From Eledone cirrhosa (taxonomy: Eukaryota), in NCBI GenBank assembly GCA_964016885.1, contig OZ024742.1:349556001-349620000 (forward strand): a stretch of DNA of 64,000 bases. Direction: 5' to 3'. Below are positions 59,301 to 64,000 of this stretch, piece after piece; the first letter of the stretch is position 1; the number at the start of each line of letters is the position of its first letter. The notes beneath the pieces were generated by a model. It made no database searches. It was not told where the DNA came from and saw only the letters and a program-made list of their open reading frames with translations. Position numbers and translations under genes: made by a program.

Positions 59301-62276
59301 TATGTTATATATATGATATATATATGTTATATATATGTTATATATATGTTATACAAATGTTATATATATGGTATATATGTTATATATATGTTATATATAT
59401 ATGTTATATATATGTTATATATATGTTGTGTATGTTATATATATGTTATATATATGTTATACATATGTTATATATGGTATATACATGTTATATATATGTT
59501 ATATATATGTTATATATATGTTATATATATGTTATATATATGTTATATATCTGTTATATATGTGTTATATATATGATATATATATATATTATATATATGT
59601 TATACATATGTTATACATACGTTATACATATGTTATATATATATTATATATATGTCATATATATTTTATGTATGTTATATATGTTATATATATATCTTAT
59701 ATATGTGTTATACATATGTTATACATATGTTATATATATGTTATATATATGTTATATATATATTATATATATGTTATATATGTTATCTATATCTTATATA
59801 TATGTTATATATAAGTTATATATGTTATATATATGTTATACATATGTTATATATATGATATATATATATGTTATATATATGTTATATATATGTTATACAT
59901 TTGTTATATATATGATATATATATATGTTATATATATGTTAGATATATGTTATATATATGTTATATATATGTTATATATATGTTATACAAATCTTATATA
60001 TATGGTATATATATGTGATATATATGTTATATATATATGTTATATATATGTATATATATGTTGTGTATGCTATATATATGTTATATATATGTTATACATA
60101 TGTTATATGTATGGTATATATATATGTTACATATAGGTTATATATATGTTATATATATGTTATATATATGTTATATATATGTTATACATTTGTTATATAT
60201 ATATGATATATATATATGTTATATATATGTTATACATATGTTATATATATGTTATATATATGTTATATATCTGTTATATATGTGTTATATATATGATATA
60301 TATATATTATATATGTTATATATATGTTATACATATCTTATACATATGTTATATATGTTATATATATGTTATATATATGTTATATATGTGTTATATATAT
60401 GATATATATATTATATATATGTTATACATATGTTATACATACGTTATACATATGTTATACATATATTATATATATGGCATATATATTTTATATATGTTAT
60501 ATATATTTATATATATATGTTATATATATGTTATACATATATTATACATATGTTATATATATGTTATATATATATTATATATATGTTATATATGTTATCT
60601 ATATGTTATATATATGTTATATATAAGTTATATATGTTATATATTGGTTATATATATGTTTTATATGTTATATACATGTTATACATATGTTATATATATG
60701 TTATATATATGTTATATATAAGTTATATATATGTTATATATATGTTATACATATGTTATATATATAATATATATATATGTTATATATATGTTATATATAT
60801 GTTATACATATGTTATACATATTTATAACATATGTTATATATGTGTTATATATATGTTATATATGTTATATATATATTATATATGTTACAAATAGGTTAT
60901 ATATATGTTATATATATGTTATATATATGTTATATATACGTTATACATATGTTATATATATGGTATATATATAAGTTATATATATGTTATATATATGTTA
61001 TATATATGTTATATATATGTTATATATAGGTTATATATATGTTATATATCTGTTATATATGTGTTATATATATGATATATATATATATATTATATACATG
61101 TTATATATATGTTATACATATGTTATACATATGTTATATATATATTATATATATGTTATATATATGTTATATATGTTATATATGTTATATATATGTTATA
61201 TATGTTATATATATATGTTATATATATGTTATATATATGTTATATATGTCATATATGTGTTATATATGTTATATATATTATATATATGTTATACATATTT
61301 TATATATATATTATATATGTTATATATATGTTATATATATGTTATATATATGTTATATATATGTTATATATGTTATATATATGTTATATATATATGTTAT
61401 ATATATGTTATATATGTTATATATATGTTATATATATGTCATAAATATGTTATACATATGTTATCTATATGTTATATATATGTTATATATATGTTATATA
61501 TATGTTATATATGTGTTATATATATCTTATACATGTTATATATATGTTATATATATGTTATATAATTTATATATATTATACATATGTTATATATATATGT
61601 TATATATATATGTTATATATATGTTATATATATGTTATATATATGTTATATATGTGTTATATATGTTATATATATGTTATATATATGTTATATGTGTTAT
61701 ATATTTGTTATATAATATGTTATATATATGTTATACATATATGCTATATGTATATGTTATATATATGTTTTAGATATGTTATATATATATGTTATATATG
61801 TTATATATGTTATATATATGTTATATGTTATATATATGTTATATATGTTATACATATGTTATATATATGTTATATATATGTTATATATATGTTTTATATG
61901 TTATATATGTCATATATATGTTATATATATGATATACATATGTTATCTATATGTTATATATATGTTATATATATGTTATATATATGTTATATATATGTTA
62001 TATATATCTTATAGATGTTATATATATGTTATATATATGTTATATAATTTATATATATTATACATATGTTATATATATATGTTATATATATATGTTATAT
62101 ATATGTTATATATATGTTATATATATGTTATATATGTGTTATATATGTTATATATATATGTTATATATGTTATATATGTGTTATATATATGTTATACATG
62201 TTATATATATGTTATATATAAGTTATATATATGTTATATATATGTTATATATGTTATATATATATATATATATATA
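56316..62276 (+). repeat. (AT)nGTT satellite, GTT on the + strand, ending in a pure (TA)n run
   Basis: Same units and the same rare variant cassettes as 44545-48532. Confidence 0.98.
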
Positions 62277-62278
62277 AT

Positions 62279-62400
62279 GGTGAATGCGTGTGGCTGACTT
62301 TTTAGAGATTTGGATTCGCAATCGTAAGGTTGTGAGTTCGATTCCTGGACCAGGCTATGCGTTATATCCTTGAGCAAGACACTTTATTTCACGTTGCTCC
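62279..62400 (+). mobile_element. 5' part of a tRNA-derived SINE (copy 1)
   Basis: Degenerate A box TGGCTGACTTTTTAG (62291) and B box GTTCGATTCC (62336-62345), followed by the typical post-tRNA segment TCCTTGAGCAAGACACTTTATTTCACGTTGCTCC. It is preceded by (TA)n. Confidence 0.75.
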
Positions 62401-62431
62401 TTCTACCTAGAGTTGCGACCGATAGATAGTA

Positions 62432-62500
62432 TTAGCAATTGTAAAAACCAACGGAAACATTGTTCCGTCGGTCCGATTTGACGAAAGTCGATCGTTCATT
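62432..62500 (-). mobile_element. Candidate Helitron-like 3' terminus (copy 1)
   Basis: On the minus strand: hairpin ACCGACGGAACAATGTTTCCGTTGGT (62472-62447), an 11-nt spacer, then CTAA followed by T (CTRR|T). Confidence 0.4.
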
Positions 62501-63586
62501 TTTATGTTATATTTATGTCATATATGTTACACATATGTTATATATATATTATATATATGTTATATATATGTTATATATATGTTATATATGTGTTATATAT
62601 GTTATATATATGTTATACATATGTTACATATATGTTATATATATGTTATATATATATGCTATATGTATATGTTATACATGTTATATATATGTTATACAAT
62701 TTATATATATTATACATATGTTATATATATGCTATATGTATATGTTATACATGTTATATATATGTTATATATATGTTATACAATTTATATATATTATACA
62801 TATGTTATATATATGTTATATATATGTTATATATATGTTATATATATGTTATATATATGGTATATACATATGTTATATACATCTTATATATAGGTTACAC
62901 ATATTTTATATATATGTTATAAATATGGTATATATATGTTATACAAATGTTATATATATGGTATATATGTTATATATATGTTATATATATATATGTTATA
63001 TATATGGTATATATATGTTGTGTATGTTATATATATGTTATATATGTGTTATACATATGTTATATATGGTATATACATGTTATATATATGTTATATATAT
63101 GTTATATATATGTTATATATATGTTATATATATGTTATATATCTGTTATATATATATTATATATATGTTATACATATGTTATACATACGTTATACATATG
63201 TTATACATATATTATATATATGTCATATACATTTTATATATGTTATATATATGTTATATATATATGTTATATATATGTTATACATATGTTATACATATGT
63301 TATATATATGTTATATATATGTTATACATATGTTATATATATGATATATATATATGTTATATATATGTTATATATATGTTATACATTTGTTATATATATG
63401 ATATATATATATGTTATATATATGTTAGATATATGTTATATATATGTTATATATATGTTATATATATGTTATACAAATGTTATATATATGGTATATATAT
63501 GTGATATATATGGTATATATATATGTTATATATATGTATATATATGTTGTGTATGCTATATATATGTTATATATATGTTATATATG

Positions 63587-63633
<47 letters not shown>
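62501..63633 (+). repeat. (AT)nGTT satellite ending in a ~45-bp pure (TA)n run
   Basis: Same repeat family, lying between the two SINE-containing islands. Confidence 0.97.
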
Positions 63634-63635
<2 letters not shown>

Positions 63636-63757
63636 GGTGAAGGCGTGTGGCTGACTTTTTAGAGATTTGGATTCGCAATCGTAAGGTTGTGAGTTCGATT
63701 CCTGGACCAGGCTATGCGTTATATCCTTGAGCAAGACACTTTATTTCACGTAGCTCC
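63636..63757 (+). mobile_element. 5' part of a tRNA-derived SINE (copy 2)
   Basis: Copy of 62279-62400 at an offset of 1357, with two visible substitutions (GAATGCG/GAAGGCG and CGTTGC/CGTAGC). Confidence 0.75.
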
Positions 63758-63788
63758 TTCTACCTAGAGTTGCGACCGATAGATAGTA

Positions 63789-63857
63789 TTAGCAATTGTA
63801 AAAACCAACGGAAACATTGTTCCGTCGGTCCGATTTGACGAAAGTCGATCGTTCATT
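63789..63857 (-). mobile_element. Candidate Helitron-like 3' terminus (copy 2)
   Basis: Identical to 62432-62500; hairpin at 63804-63829. Confidence 0.4.
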
Positions 63858-64000
63858 TTTATGTTATATTTATGTCATATATGTTACACATATGTTATAT
63901 ATATATTATATATATGTTATATATATGTTATATATATGTTATATATGTGTTATATATGTTATATATATGTTATACATATGTTACATATATGTTATATATA
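63858..64000 (+). repeat. (AT)nGTT satellite, truncated by the right window edge
   Basis: Matches the sequence from 62501 onward (TTTATGTTATATTTATGTCATATATGTTACACATATG). Confidence 0.95.

Noticed and set aside
62279-62352. tRNA gene (also at 63636-63709)
   Set aside because: A B box is present, but the D arm and acceptor stem do not form a cloverleaf, and it continues into a typical SINE body. It is a SINE head.
44555-63662. More than 100 overlapping Y/I/M/L/C/V-rich ORFs of up to 465 aa
   Set aside because: The unit ATATATATGTT contains ATG and no stop codon in any frame on the GTT strand. ORFs appear in all three frames and flip strand with repeat polarity, so they are artefacts.

Overview
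This window is non-coding, AT-rich eukaryotic heterochromatin-like DNA and is about 97% tandem repeat. It contains no credible protein-coding gene, RNA gene or CRISPR array. From left to right: (1) a 61-bp satellite (1-38180, ~625 copies, open at the left edge) built by nested 2-4.8 kb block duplications; it ends abruptly in a hAT-like terminal inverted repeat that is itself an inverted near-copy of the monomer core. (2) A 38/35-bp satellite (38271-43136) with an internal 1727-bp duplication. (3) A 1.4-kb complex island with two decayed SINE pieces, a CTAT tract and a 48-bp double-hairpin minisatellite. (4) A ~19-kb (AT)nGTT satellite (9/11/13-bp units) with a 7.8-kb block in opposite polarity (48533-56315) that looks like an inverted insertion of locally templated sequence. 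(5) Two copies, 1357 bp apart, of a tRNA-SINE head followed by a Helitron-like 3' hairpin/CTRR. The SINE motifs resemble, from memory, abundant octopus SINEs, so a cephalopod origin is likely but unverified. All long ORFs in the track are artefacts of the stop-free (AT)nGTT repeat. I see no evidence of a new gene-encoded system. The interesting signals concern how these satellites arose and rearranged.
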